The notes below the pieces were generated by a model. It saw only the letters and a list, made by a program, of their open reading frames with translations, had not been told where the DNA came from and made no database searches. From assembly GCA_004764695.1 (NCBI GenBank), contig SMSO01000035.1:2232001-2296000 (forward strand): a DNA stretch of 64,000 nucleotides. Direction: 5' to 3'. Position 1 is the first letter of the stretch, and each line of letters opens with the position of its first letter. Source of the stretch: Schizochytrium sp. TIO01. Its lineage: Eukaryota > Protista > Bigyra: Labyrinthulomycetes. The translations under genes and the position numbers were made by a program. Below, in pieces: positions 12,168-25,160 of the stretch.

Positions 12168-12921
12168 CTTAAAGTAAATAACCCCCCTTTATAGATTTAA
12201 CAATGAATTAGCTGGTGTAATTTAAGAGTCACCAGCTAGTTAAATTTTGCGCGATGTCACCCATCTCCAAAACGTATAAGAACGATAGCTTGGAATATCT
12301 CTTCCTTCAACAAAATTTCCTGTTTGTGATCAAGATATGAAATTCACATATAAAATCATATTGAAGCCCTTAATAGGAGAAGAGATTATGCAACTTTGCA
12401 CAGAAGTTTTTGGGTTTTTATAGAGCCATGGTATCGTGAAAAAAAAAAAATAGAAAATGAAGATAAGGAATGGTCAAGCTAGTTTGAAAAAGTTGCGTCT
12501 CGAAATGATTATGAAATATACGTTCGAGTATATCTGTAGATCAGAGCCTTGCTAAAGTCTCCTGTTAAGCAAAAGCTTTGTTAGAATTGTCGGTGCCTTG
12601 CTGATCCATGACCACGTGCGTTGCAATGGCTCCTTTCGTGTCAAGGCGTATACGCCTAGATTGCTTTTACAAAGTGGAATTTGCGTATGGGAGTGCGTTT
12701 GCTGAGATATCTACAATGGTTGAAATCTTCGACAGTTACAATAGAATTATAGCACCTAGAGTTGCCAAGTTTAAGTACGTTTGAAGGCAATGGTAATTCC
12801 TCAGTAGTTCAAGCTTCCTTCCTCCATATTCAGGGAAAATCAAAGCTCACATATAGATAAACTAATCGATCAAAGGCTCTACTATATTCAAAGATAGATA
12901 TAATAAAGCAGACTAGCATTT

Positions 12922-15231
12922 CTACATCATTCCTGATCTCGAGGACTGCTGGATCGCTTGAAGAAGGTCATTGGGTTGCGCTTTTGGCTCCTCATAGGTC
13001 TGTGTCATGTTAGATGACACAGGCGCTGGCGGCGGAGCAGTGGCATCTCTCAGTGCCAATTTGTCTGCTTCCTGGATAATTGTATCAGGGTCCTTGGACT
13101 CAAAATCAAAGTGTTTGGCGGGCACAGCCTCATCAGAAGCAGATGCACCGGTGGCTCCGTTTCCTTCGTGATGATCATAACCAGAATTAGATTGTGGAGA
13201 AGGCGGGAAAGAAAATACTGCACCTGTTGAAGAAAGTGGGGAAGCTACTGGAGAAGCTACTGGGCTTGCAAAGCCAGTGTCAAGACCCGGAGAAAGAGCC
13301 TCATTTTCATCAATGCGTGGAGGAACCGGGTCAAGCGTAGGTGCAGTATCATCAATTTCGGGCTCCAGATACGATACCGGTGCTAAGCCAACTCTGCCAT
13401 CGTGCGTTCTGACTTCACACCAACCATTATCGTCAGCGATAGGCCGTACGGCCTCGACAATATCACCTTCGCGGAGACTGATTTCGCCATCTTCTTCGGC
13501 CGTGAAGTTAAAGAGGACACGAAGGCTTCTGCGTGAGTCCCCAGACTCAAATGGTGGACTCATGCCAGGGCTACCAGCAGCAATGCTTGCTGCTGCAGCA
13601 CGTGCCGCTTGTCTAGCGAGTTTTTCTCGCTCAGCGTAGTCTAGAATGCAAGCTAGAGGTGCGACCTGGACTTGCTTCGGCGGAAGCGTTGACAGAGAAT
13701 TGCTGCACATCCGAACTACGTCTTGTAAATGATTGTTTTGAATCTGACCGAGGGTACGGCTCATGTCCGCCATCCGCACAGTCCGCTCAAACCGGTACCG
13801 ATCCATTTCGTAGCGGAGTCCACGAACAAGCTTTTTGACGTCACCCTGACGAGCACGAATCGTTTCCTGGAGATGCTCAGCCTTAACTTGAAGGCGGGCT
13901 TGTTTTTTATTTGGAACAGCCGAGCCAGGGGATGACGGGTTGCCAGTATGACTTTCAGCGAAACCATCATCATCATCACCATCTAGGAAAGGTTGACTCG
14001 CAATTAACTGCTGTTCTGATGCTTGCAGTTTGGTCCTCAGATTTCCGAATTCCCGCATTGAAATTCGGTGTTTATGCATTGATGCTTTGACCTCTGCAAC
14101 CAGAACCTCGAGTTCTTCTAATATTTGGATTTCAAAGGATAGCTTTGTTTGAATGACATTAAGACTCTCTGTAGCCTCTTGCTCCAGGGAGTGGGCACGA
14201 CCTTCGGCTAATTCGTGCATAGAATGGAGTACACCTGGCATATTAATGATGGCGTCATCAAAGCCCCAAGACCTGGTTGGGTCTGATGCACGACCAAATA
14301 GGTGGTTAAAGCCAGCTTCTTTAGAGTTCCATTTTTCCCATGTTTTAGCCATTTCTCGTTGATCTCTCGCCTGACGTTGAATCGTTGTTTGCATCTTGAG
14401 GAGAGCTTCGCGCATACTGGTGTATACGGAATGGACTGTTGAGATTTCCTTAGCTGCCTCTTTAAGAAAATCATGAACATTGGGCGGCAGTGGAACTCGC
14501 ATGAGCATCTCCTTCCATTGGTTGAGGCCTTCGCATTCGAAGGGCAAGTGACGGGTAGAATCAGAATTGAATTTGGCGATCTGCGGTGAGCAGAATGTCT
14601 CAAATACAGCATCCCGTTTGAAGACTGGGTTTCGTGCAACTTCGCGCATGAAATGGTCAAGCACTTCAACCATCTTTTCATCCGCGAGAGCACTTTTGGG
14701 TAAGCTCGGTACCATGGCACCTGTAAAGCGGTCCCTGAGGGCATTCTGAAAGACTTTGAACTCTTTGAACTTGCGCTTTGTGTCAATATGCATCCCATTA
14801 TTAGGGGGTTGGGGGTTTTCACCGCCGAGATATTGCATGTTGGCGGCCTCTTTGTATACTCGGATCATGTAATACTTTTCGGTCTTAATGAAGAATTTCT
14901 TCTTCTTTTCCACCTCCTTTGCAATTGACAAAGTGGACCCAGTGTCGTGAGTCACATATTCAAGCCACTGCTCCAATTCACTAGCAGTTTGCTGCGGTCC
15001 CGGACTTTCCTTGGATTCCTCATCGTGCAGAAATTCCCCAAGGGATTGCGTGCCTTGAAACTCGTCCGAATGGACCGGTCCGTCGAACGGAGTTGATGAG
15101 AAGCCGCTGGTTTTTCTCTGGTTGCCCACGGCCAGATCCATTGCAGTGTTGCTTGTCGCAAACCCGTCTTCGCCGCCGCTTTGCTTTGTGCTATTGCGCT
15201 GCAGCGACGACCTCATCTTCAGCACGCCCAT
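12922..15231 (-). CDS. Sorting nexin-like protein: PX domain, BAR-like coiled coil, C-terminal SH3 and Pro-rich tail
   Basis: PX motif (YYMIRV...TKRKFKEFKVFQNALRDRFTGAMVPSLPK), long helical region, SH3 (VLFNFTAEEDGEISLREGDIVE...GWCEVRTHDGRVGLAPVSYLE). First ATG is at 15231. Confidence 0.85.
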   Translation of the reverse strand: MGVLKMRSSLQRNSTKQSGGEDGFATSNTAMDLAVGNQRKTSGFSSTPFDGPVHSDEFQGTQSLGEFLHDEESKESPGPQQTASELEQWLEYVTHDTGSTLSIAKEVEKKKKFFIKTEKYYMIRVYKEAANMQYLGGENPQPPNNGMHIDTKRKFKEFKVFQNALRDRFTGAMVPSLPKSALADEKMVEVLDHFMREVARNPVFKRDAVFETFCSPQIAKFNSDSTRHLPFECEGLNQWKEMLMRVPLPPNVHDFLKEAAKEISTVHSVYTSMREALLKMQTTIQRQARDQREMAKTWEKWNSKEAGFNHLFGRASDPTRSWGFDDAIINMPGVLHSMHELAEGRAHSLEQEATESLNVIQTKLSFEIQILEELEVLVAEVKASMHKHRISMREFGNLRTKLQASEQQLIASQPFLDGDDDDGFAESHTGNPSSPGSAVPNKKQARLQVKAEHLQETIRARQGDVKKLVRGLRYEMDRYRFERTVRMADMSRTLGQIQNNHLQDVVRMCSNSLSTLPPKQVQVAPLACILDYAEREKLARQAARAAAASIAAGSPGMSPPFESGDSRRSLRVLFNFTAEEDGEISLREGDIVEAVRPIADDNGWCEVRTHDGRVGLAPVSYLEPEIDDTAPTLDPVPPRIDENEALSPGLDTGFASPVASPVASPLSSTGAVFSFPPSPQSNSGYDHHEGNGATGASASDEAVPAKHFDFESKDPDTIIQEADKLALRDATAPPPAPVSSNMTQTYEEPKAQPNDLLQAIQQSSRSGMM

Positions 15232-17729
15232 GACTGTTGTCCTCCTCCTCGTCGTCTCCCGCAGCGCTTGGCAGGAATCCGAGGCAACTCCTTTCCGAGT
15301 TTGCAAGCAGCAAACACCTACTCAGTCAATTGATGTGTCAATTCAATCCAGTCCGGGTTCGAAGCGACGCCTATGCGCTGCTCCTACCAGTTCCTAAGGC
15401 ACAAGTTCTTTTTCAACAAGAGTAACAGCAGCACGTAGTCGGTAGATAGTTGCTCGTTCGTAGTACAGCTTAGGAGGTAGGTAGATGGGCAACTCGAAGG
15501 AAAGTGGCACAATCTCAGGACTCTCGCTTTTGCTTTTCCTGTCAAGGCCGGTGGCAAGTGCTTCTGGTCACTCCTGTATCTCGAAAGCGGCAGCCTGCGA
15601 CGTGCCTTTCAACAGCGAGCTTGGTTTATGTAGTCGCTACGGTCAACAAATTCGAATGTCCTTGAAGTGACGTACTTCAAGATGATAGGAACTTCAAAGG
15701 AGATGATGACGCTGTGTTTTCAAGACCTCGTATCTCCCAAATTTCCAGCGTGGCGTGGCAGCTTGATGCTTGCCCGCCTACTTTCTGTCGAGCGAGTGAG
15801 AGGACGCCTGGCTTTGCCGGGGCCCAATCGACGAGAGCGGCGAGTAGTGGAGAAGGTGCAGAAGAAGCGCAAAGGGTGGAAAGAAACAGGATGTTGTGCT
15901 CGACGAAACGTCCAGACGGATAATGGATGGACCGTCTCTCGGTTACTTCTACCCACCAGCTTCCAGGTCTGCACGCGAGGCGGCGTGCCTCCACTCGAGC
16001 CAGGTAAGGCGAGGCGAGGCGAGGCCAAGGTGAGAGGTGGGCCACGCAGCCTGCTTGCTGAGTGAAAAGCTCTCAATTGGCTCCACGTTCCGATTTGCCT
16101 TTGTTGATATTTGAGTTTCGAATTTTGAATTCCAATTCTTTCTGCGGATTTTATTGTTGTGTTTTTGAGGCACTTTTTGAATTTGCCCTATAATGCCTAA
16201 CTATGAAAAACTATAATATTAGGAGTGGCATTTTCTTGAGTTTCGCAAAAACTCGGAGAACAAACAATGCAATTCTTAATTTTAAAAAATAATTATTAAA
16301 CTAGATAGCAGTTTTTTTTTTTTTAAATTAATTGATTTAATTAAAAAAAGAAACGAGGACAATAAACCCATTGGCTTACCAGCAGATCATCGAAACTTGG
16401 GAAAGCTAAGACAACTTGTACGTGGCAGCGAGAAATAGTACCCACTTTGGTGTCTCGGTCGTCGGTGCTTACTTGCTTTCTTCGGAACCTTTTCCTGAGC
16501 TGCTGGGCGAGAAACTCCAAAAGAGCAGAGAACGAACCTGGTAAGACGTATGGTCTTTTCTAGCCACTCCTACCACTGCGCTGTCCCCAGTAATTGCGAC
16601 CTTTAGAAAATTAAAAATTAACAAATTGTAAAGGCCAAGGAAAACCTGATGTCTTTCATGATTGAGAGTTGCAAAAGTATAGTTTGAAGATACCAGCGGT
16701 GCACGTTTCTGCAAGACGTTTCTGAGAATGTGTAATTATCGAGTTAGGTCGCTTCATTGAGGCAGAACCATCGAGTTCCCACAACATGAGAAGAGGAATC
16801 TCTGCGGCACAGAGTCAGTGGGAAAAAAGAGTTCTTCATCATCTTCTTTTCCAACAGATAATATAAAATACCTGTGGATTTTGCCTTTAGTTTTGGAGAA
16901 CAGGCCGAAAGTGGATCTTGAAATCGTTGAGAGCATTGAAGTTTATCTTCTACAAAGAGACGTGCTGGTAAATGATTGAAGACGCGCACAAGGACAGCGA
17001 GGAAGCGCAGGAAAGAATGTCACGGGATGGAAGGCCTCGGGGACAATATCAACACAAAGTAAGCCGATGGGGACATGACTTTAAACAGAAGGACGCGTGC
17101 TCGAGAGAGCTCAGCTAACACATTTAAGACTTCTATGTCCCTGAATGAATCGATGGTGTATGCATTGGGGAAGTGAGATTAAGTTGATGGACTACCTCAA
17201 CTATTACCTACCTACATAGCTACCTTCCTACCAAAGGAAGACAACCTTCGTTTGACTCCATTTCTGCACCATCGTGCCATTTGTTTGACGCCGTGATTTG
17301 CCTGTCAACATGTCAACATCCAAAAGAAAGTTTGGTTCGATCTCGTAGCAGCTTTTTCACACAAATGTTTTGACACGTTGTGTTGCCATGCTGTAACCTC
17401 CATCGGAACAGCTTAAACCATTAGTGGTGAAGTGGTTAAAACAGTCAGTACAGGGTTTACACCCTGGAGCTCAGACAGTGGAACTGCCTCGCGAGGGGTG
17501 AGACGGACCTGCTCATTGCTACCGTCTCTTGATCAAATCCTAGCTTTTCTGCGGTGCGACCGAGCTTGTATTCAAAGTGGTTGAAATTTTTATATGTTGT
17601 ACAGCAATGAAAGTCACTGCAGTGATAAGCATAGTGATAAGCATAATCATAGCCACTCCACATATATGCTTTTATCGTATCATAATCTTTTCTTGATTTA
17701 AACAAATTAGTGCACATTCACGGATAATC

Positions 17730-19400
17730 TCCCTATTGGACTGGATATCCTTGGCAATATATGAGTTTATTTGGCGAGGGGCACTGTCACCAGATCGAGA
17801 ATGTTAGGAGAATTGGAGCTTTGTTATTGCTGGTAACCAAAGCTATGCGAGATTCATTCCACTCTTTTGAGGCTCGGAGTTTATTTACTCTGTGATGAAC
17901 CAACCATGCACAAATCAAAATCAGAGAGAGATTTAGAGAGATTTCAAGGCGCTCAGGCTAAGCATCAAGAATAGTAGTTCACTCTGGATATATTAATCTT
18001 CCTAAACTGTGTGATCAATCTTACTTTCCAAAACCAGATTATGAGCAAGAGAATTACCTATATCGCGTTAAAATTCACTTGATACACGCTAGGAATCATT
18101 GAATCTAAGCGACCATTATTTCAAACATTTTGTTTTATTCTTCGTGCCTTCTTTGGAGATATCCACCAAACGTTGGCCAATCTACAAGTCTGACCAGCAG
18201 CTAGACTTCCATGCTCTTGTTTACTCCAAGCCCTCACTCGCAAAGAAGGCAGGACGCTTGGTCCCCGAGGTTTCTCTGTTGATTCGGTGCACACACAAGG
18301 TCTATTGCGACCCTTGCTGCAATTTCATTCATAGAAAATAGGATCTCAGTGTAATCCTTCTCTATCGCTATGCAATATCAGCATACAGGCGAACTTCTCG
18401 GCCAGCACAGAAAACTTAACAGCATTTCTCTCTATCGATATTACTACAGTGTCAGATACCGAAAATAGTATAAATGGCAGCATTATATTGGAATCGTCAT
18501 CAGTACACTGTTGAAAACTTCTCCGACTTTCGGATATGATCTAAAGCAACTCCCTTCTCATCAATTTCGGTAAGGACAAGCCTCTTGGAGCTACACACAT
18601 TACTAGAAAGTCCACTCAAGCGGTTGCCTGATCCGCGTGGTCGCCCCCAATAAAGCGATTCGTGTAGTCTCAGATGTCAAGCCGACAGGGTGAAGTATTT
18701 TCAGTTAGTACTCGAGCGTGTACGATCAGAGAGCGGCTGCCATACTTTCTATAAACTTGTAGCACCTGCTCAAGGCCATGTTGTTGCTATTCTCAGGCCG
18801 TTGCTCATACGTAGAAAACCTACCTGGCGCTTTTCCTTCGTTTGACTTTGCTTGAGGCCAACAATCAATGACTCACAGCTCCGAAATCTTAGTTGTTGTG
18901 TGTTTTACTGTGGCACCGTGACAAACCAAGCCCGGTCATATTAATAAATCATCTCAAGACGGCGTGTATAGATAGAGCTAAAGATGTCTTGATATTGAAT
19001 AAGACAAGTGGAACAACTTCTATATTTGTTCAGATCTCCTCACATGGTTCCGAGTGTTTCGTCTGAGACTGTCCTAAGACTTTTACTTCATTAATCCAAA
19101 ACCATAGAAAGAGAATACTACTAGAACAGTTTTGCCTTCGTACTGCCAAGGCTTTATAATTTAACTTTGACAATGCCACCATGACATTCGATGTAAAGCT
19201 TGATGGAATGCAGGATGTTTTCAGACTAGGGAGCGCTAATCTAGCTCAAGCTCTACGGGATCACTAGATGGCCAAAGCTACTCTGTTTGTCACGATATCC
19301 TCTCACTATTTCTCGCAATAGAGCCCTGCGAGTTTACCAAAGAAGAATGGCATCACTGCGGCGGGTGCAGTGAGTCTTTCCCCACACGCCCATCTACTCA
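17730..19400 (+). pseudogene. Decayed RI-type LRR gene relic
   Basis: Colinear + strand fragments in shifting frames with stops: HQTLANLQV (18164), TLAAISFIENRIS (18310), GQHRKLNSISL (18400), ISTLLKTSPTF, GSANLAQALRDH (19229), KNGITAAGAVSLS (19343). Confidence 0.45.
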
Positions 19401-20202
19401 ACGACTTCTGCAACTGGCTGTGGAAAGATTCCAGAGCGACTCTGGAGAGACTATGACTATCCAGAAGCATTTCTCCTCTTACTCCGACTGATAAATAGGC
19501 AGCACAAATTCATTGATGAAAACACAGTGCCTGACCCTAAGAGTCGGAGGACATGAAAATTAATGAGCTGAGCAATCACAATGGATCAAAGCGAAACATA
19601 GCCGAGGACAAGCAAGCGGTAGGTTCTTCTTTTAAATTGTCATCTGCTGCGGTTCCCTTGGCTTTGCCAGAAGAACTCTTCGCACGGTCTAATTTCAATC
19701 CTTAAACTTTTGCGTCTTCAAGTTTATCATTCATGAGCACCAATAAAGAACTTGCAAGAAAGTTTCTCCTATCTTTTTATGCTGACTTTAGAACTCTTTA
19801 ATTGAAGTACAATTTTTTTTTAATTAAATTAAAAAAAAGGAGAATTAAGCGTAGCTATGAACATACTAATATCTAATGTCACCCTGGTCCTAATACTACT
19901 TAATTAGGTACTATTGTATTAAAGTTAAAAATAGCTATTGTGGATTTACTGTAGCGTGAGTAGCTGACTTCTATCCATGATAAAGACAAGGCGAAGAGGA
20001 TTATTATCCCGGCCGCTTGCTCTCCTATAGCATATCCTTAGTCGCTGTCGCCGTGCCTTGGCCGTTGCCACGCACCGACGTCGCCCATCGCTGACGTTCA
20101 TTGCCTTTTCCCCGCTTGTCTTCTAGCTGGTGCTCGTGCGCCGTTTGAACTACCCACCTTTGAAATTTCAAACTCAGCAGGTCACTCAAATCTGCAAAGA
20201 TC

Positions 20203-21477
20203 ATGATGATGCTTGTGAACTCTGTCCAGAAGGCTGCTGGCCTTCGTGGTCTTGCCTCCTCATCTGCGTCCAGATCATCGGCTGCTCGCTCCCTCTCCAC
20301 TAGCGTGTACTCTTGGGGTAACGGTGATGAGGGTCAGCTCGCTCATGCTAGCATCGAGAAATCTGGACTCATGCAAACGTACCGCGAGCCTACACCTCGC
20401 CTCGTCGATGCTCTCGAGGGCCAGGATGCCGTATGCGTCTCCTGCGGACCCACACACGCTGCCGCTGCCACTGAGGACGGCCGTGTACTGACCTGGGGTA
20501 AGTCTACCGGTGACTCGGGCATGCTTGGATTCCTCCCGTTCGGTGGCGCTGAGCCCATGCTGGGCCACGACGGTGGCGACGGTACTCACTGCCTCTTCCC
20601 ACACTGGGTCTCTGAGGGCCTCGACGGCGTTCGCGCAAAACAGGTCTCTTGTGGCTCTGTGCACACGGCAGTTCTCTCGTCCGCCGGCGATGTCTTCTCC
20701 TGGGGTCTGGGCTCTGCTGGTGGCAGCACAGGTGCTCTTGGTGTTGGAGATCGCAGCTCTCGCGCGAGACCCACTCAGGTGCTCTTCGGAGGCTCGGACG
20801 AAGTTAAGATCAAGCAGCTCGCTTCAGGAACGAAGCACACAGTTGCTCTTGGAGTCGATGGTGAGGTTTGGACCTGGGGATGTGGCGAGAACGGAAGACT
20901 TGGCAACGGAGGCACCACCGACCAGCTCGAGCCATACCCGGTTGAGTTCTTTCTTGAGGTTGGCGTTAAGTGCGTCAGTGTAGCCTGCGGAAACTCTTTC
21001 TCGCTGGCACTTGGTGATGATGGCAAGGTCTACGGCTGGGGCAAGAATGACCAGGCGCAACTTGGCCTTGGAGGCAGCATGTCGATGGATGTCTATGCCA
21101 TGGAGGAGATGCCTAGACTTATTGACACACTGGCGGATGAGAAGATTGTTCACATTGCGGCTGGAGGATCTCACGCGCTTGCGATTAACAACAAGGGAGA
21201 GGTCTTTCACTGGGGAATGAGGCTCTGGGTGGAGCCTCACAAGATGACGGCGCTCCAGGAGCACCATGCGGTCAAGGCCGACTGTGGAGATGGCTTCTGT
21301 GCGGTTCTCACTGATGTCGGACAGGTTTACACCTGGGGTAAGGGACGCTCTGGCGCGCTTGGTCATGGCGATAACTCGCGTCACGCTCAGCCTACCCTTG
21401 TCGATACTCTCGCCAAGTCCAACGTTATCGATATCGCATGCGGCCCGAGCTACTCTTTCGCCGTTGTCAAGCACTAA
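20203..21477 (+). CDS. RCC1-repeat beta-propeller protein with predicted mitochondrial presequence
   Basis: About seven RCC1 repeats (VYSWGNGDEGQL, VSCGSVHTAVL, VWTWGCGENGRLG, VYGWGKNDQAQLG, VYTWGKGRSGALGHG). N-terminus is Arg/Ser/Ala-rich with no acidic residues. Confidence 0.9.
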   Translation: MMMLVNSVQKAAGLRGLASSSASRSSAARSLSTSVYSWGNGDEGQLAHASIEKSGLMQTYREPTPRLVDALEGQDAVCVSCGPTHAAAATEDGRVLTWGKSTGDSGMLGFLPFGGAEPMLGHDGGDGTHCLFPHWVSEGLDGVRAKQVSCGSVHTAVLSSAGDVFSWGLGSAGGSTGALGVGDRSSRARPTQVLFGGSDEVKIKQLASGTKHTVALGVDGEVWTWGCGENGRLGNGGTTDQLEPYPVEFFLEVGVKCVSVACGNSFSLALGDDGKVYGWGKNDQAQLGLGGSMSMDVYAMEEMPRLIDTLADEKIVHIAAGGSHALAINNKGEVFHWGMRLWVEPHKMTALQEHHAVKADCGDGFCAVLTDVGQVYTWGKGRSGALGHGDNSRHAQPTLVDTLAKSNVIDIACGPSYSFAVVKH

Positions 21478-22769
21478 GCACTAAACTAATTTGTTGCTTG
21501 CTTATCTGCATATAATCATACATGCATGCTCGAAAGCCTGTATGTATGAATGCAGGTATACACGCTAGCTCGGGTGAAACGCATGATTGGAAGCGGATCG
21601 ATCATTCTATTTGGCGGGAGACCATGCATAAGAGGAGAAACAACAACAATCTCACGTCTTGAGCTTGACTCTTAAATGACATGGTGTTTGCTTGGTGGGT
21701 TCGATCATCCTCTGTCCTTACTCTTCTTTCTTCGGTGTGCGTATTTATATCTGCGCGCATGCTGTTGTTGGATCCCCTCGACTATCATATATATCCGTCT
21801 CTTTTCGCACAGGAGACTATTCTTTTTCGAACAAAAAACTCCATTTCTGTTGCGCCTGGGAACTGCTGCTTTGGAGGATGCTCGTTTTCAAAGTGGTCTT
21901 TGATGAATCGATCTTGTCGAGCGCAATTGTTTCATGCCCTTATCTTTTTACTTTAAGTAGAGTATTCAAGAAGAACATCTTGAAAACCTATCCAAAAAAA
22001 TAAACAGCTTTAAATATGGAGGCACGTAACGCAGATACTCTACAACCGCGTATCGCAAGTTCGCCGATTTGGGGAAAGGCGAGCTGTCTACCAAAGCAGG
22101 TTGACATCAGCATCACTCTATACACCACTTGCTCGCATCTAAATAGCAAAATAAGCAAACTTTACATGATTTATTCTCTTGTTCTTTAGCTTCCTTTCTT
22201 GAATGATTAATTCCAAAACAAAGATCTCATTAAGAAACAAAAAACAAACAGGAAGATATGTGCTTTGAAAGTACGCGTTTCATTCTACACTCTGAGTTTC
22301 TTTAAATATTTTTTCTTTTGTGTTTTTAAGTATAGGACTGTAAGTAGCAAAAAGAAATACTTCTGTAGATCATTGGTTAGTGCCCATCTCACTATGCCCC
22401 TTTCACCACTTAGAATGTGGTTTTTGGCAGCGGAAGCATTTTTGAAAAGTTGGAACATCGATTTAGCAACGAGATGTGGCGGAAATTACATGATGCACGT
22501 CATCAACTCTTGAACCTGAACGAGGTGTACATCATGTTGGATTCGACGTCCAGGGGCCAACTTGAAAGGTCGCCAGGTAAGGTGCAGAATTTACGGACAA
22601 GGAGGACACAGATATGGCAAAGGCTTTCATACCTCTCTCCCAAGAATCAACCCTGGCTCAACCATATCAGAATCATTCAATTATGCATAAGAAATTATAG
22701 ACGTAACTCAGTCTCCCTATATTCAAGCCAAGAGCATTTTGGTCACCCTCAGTCCACCATTTTACTAAC

Positions 22770-23690
22770 TTAGCGGTGCTTCCAAACGGGATCGCGTTTG
22801 CCGAGAAACGCTCCAATACCCTCCTGTGCGTCCTCGGTCTCCATGTTACGCACCATGGTCTCAGAAGCCAGCTTATATGCCTCCTCAAGCGGAAGGCTCA
22901 TTTGCTCCAAGAGAGTCTGCTTTCCCATACGAAGAGCACACGCAGAACGAGCCGCGATATCCTTGGCAATGACGAAGGCCTCCTCGTGAAGGTGCTTTGC
23001 AACGGCATCGCCATCTGCGCCGTGGCTAGGAGGCTCGACAGTGCGGGACACAAGACCCATAAGGCGGGCCTCGTTGGCAGGCACGAGGCGCCCAGTAAGC
23101 AACATATCCATGGCGTTCTTGCGGCCAACAGCGCGGACAAGAGGAACCGCGGGGGTAGAGCAGAAGAGTCCAATGGATACGCCAGGAGTAGCAAATCTGC
23201 ACAGAGACGAGGCGATTGTCATGTCAGCAGCAGCGGCGAGCTGGCAGCCGGCGGCAGTCGCAATACCGTGAGTGGCAGCAACGACAGGCTGGGGAACGGT
23301 CTCCACGAGCTGCATCACGCGGCTGCACAGCTCGAAGAGCTCGCGGCGCTTGGCGTCAGTGTTGTACTCGGGGCTCATCATCTCACGGAGATCGTGGCCA
23401 GCACAGAAAGCAGGGCCATTGGCCTGGATGAGAATGCAACGAACGTCACTATCAGAGGCAACGCGGGTAAGTTCACTTTCGAGGCGGCGGAGAAGCTCAA
23501 AGGAGAGGGCATTGCGCTGACGAGGACGGTTCAACGTCAAGGTCAAAACAGCATCCTTCGTCGAGCTGAGAAGCGGCTGCGGCTGCTCATCACCAACAGC
23601 ACCTTTGCCAGCATCCGTAGAGAAGAGGTGCGCAGAGCGGGCCCAAGGGCTCGCCCTCCGGGCGGTGGAGCGAAGAGCAGCAGTGAGCAT
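22770..23690 (-). CDS. ECHDC3: Enoyl-CoA hydratase/crotonase domain protein, ECHDC3-like, mitochondrial
   Basis: LTLNRPRQRNALS, AFCAGHDLREM, GIATAAGCQL and FATPGVSIGLFCSTP (ECHDC3-type). Presequence MLTAALRSTARR from ATG 23690. Confidence 0.88.
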   Translation of the reverse strand: MLTAALRSTARRASPWARSAHLFSTDAGKGAVGDEQPQPLLSSTKDAVLTLTLNRPRQRNALSFELLRRLESELTRVASDSDVRCILIQANGPAFCAGHDLREMMSPEYNTDAKRRELFELCSRVMQLVETVPQPVVAATHGIATAAGCQLAAAADMTIASSLCRFATPGVSIGLFCSTPAVPLVRAVGRKNAMDMLLTGRLVPANEARLMGLVSRTVEPPSHGADGDAVAKHLHEEAFVIAKDIAARSACALRMGKQTLLEQMSLPLEEAYKLASETMVRNMETEDAQEGIGAFLGKRDPVWKHR

Positions 23691-24699
23691 TATGTTCTTG
23701 CTGGATCGAGCTTTCGAGGATTTGTTGGCGAGCTTGGTCACGATTCAGGTTTGAAGTTAATCAACTTGAACTCAATTGAATACTCTAGGATGCCTCGAAC
23801 GAAAAGGACTCAGTTCTACCTACTGATAACAATAAGCACAACTACGACCCAGGCATGATCTCATGAGAGGGATACTAATTTAGCTGTGCCGTAAAAATGT
23901 TGTAAAAATGTTGTGGTTCTCGGAGCCCCGCCTCAGTAGCTTCTTCAAATCAGTTTAGAAAAATTGTCCTGTGTACCTCTCCGTGCTACCACAAGTGTGT
24001 ATCCCAGGCTCGCTTGAAGGGTCTGCTTGATGTGGCCGCGGGAGTGATGCCCTCTCCTTTCGTTGAACTTCTGTGGAGTTGAAAATACTGCATTCTATGT
24101 ACTACGACTAGAACTTCTACTACTAGACTACTACTCACATAGTGTTGCTAGCGACTCGTACGAGGTATGTCTAATTTACATTGCATTCTTCAACTTGTGA
24201 AGTTGTTTCAACTCGAAGATGCAGAAGCACAACGCGGACGAACAACCCTTCAAAGGCCACACTCGAAGAAAGGCGACAACGGCTGCTTTCGAGACGATAA
24301 ATCCCAGAGTAGCAGCTGCTCAATTCCCCGTAGGACTCTTGCGAAGTCGTTGGCTGAGGTTGCGAGAGCTCCGCGAATTAATTTGATTCATATCATGGTG
24401 TACTACCTAATACCTACCTACCTACCTACCTACCATTGGTAATGCGTACCTATTCACTCCGTTTGCTTTACAGCTAATTTATTCATCGAAGATCAACCAT
24501 AACCGATAGGTCTATCAGCCAATCCAATATTCGTTCATACTCTCATGGCAGAGTCAGAGACCTCTCTTATCTATTGATTCTTTGATTTGCTTTGCTTTGG
24601 CAAAGCTCAAGTCACAGCATATCAATCATGATCTTCGTTTGTATTGGACTTACCTGCTAGCAGTATCACTTAGCAGAACTAAGAGTGGAATTGCAATTT

Positions 24700-25160
24700 A
24701 TTTATGGTGCGACAGCAACCGATCAATGCAACTCCTCCTCTCAGGTACTTTGGAACCATAATGGAGATCCCTGTTCGCGAGCAGCTCGCCCGAAGGCCCG
24801 TTACAAAGGGTTTTCTTCCTAGGATTTCGTACTCTTTCTACGAATCTTGGAGCATGGAAACGAAGGGCTCAAATGTAGCATACAAGGAGAGGAAGATGGG
24901 CAAGATTGCGTTTGATTATTTCAAATGAATTGGTATGATAAATCGCACTATCTTTTTTGACGAATTCCCAACACATGGATAGGTATCAAAAAGTCATACG
25001 GGATAGATTCTTAACCCTTAAATCCATCGTATCCTCAAATGCGTTGGCGCAATGGTAAGATACATCGAGTGTAATAAGCGGCTAAAGCATCGAGTGTGCT
25101 TACCTATTAATTGCAAGATGGGTATTTTGCAAATGCTGGCCTTCTTAGTATTCAGGTAAT
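24700..25160 (+). pseudogene. Possible decayed RI-type LRR fragment
   Basis: Broken fragments SNRSMQLLLSG (24714), GNEGLKC (24856), MINRTI (about 24935) and ECNKRLKH. Confidence 0.28.

Noticed and set aside
12168-12900. Possible bicistronic MOCS2A/MOCS2B arrangement as in animals
   Set aside because: No MoaE-like ORF overlaps or follows the MoaD gene.
22776-23858. 360-aa + strand ORF
   Set aside because: Antisense shadow of the ECHDC3-like gene in a GC-biased region; no recognisable motifs.
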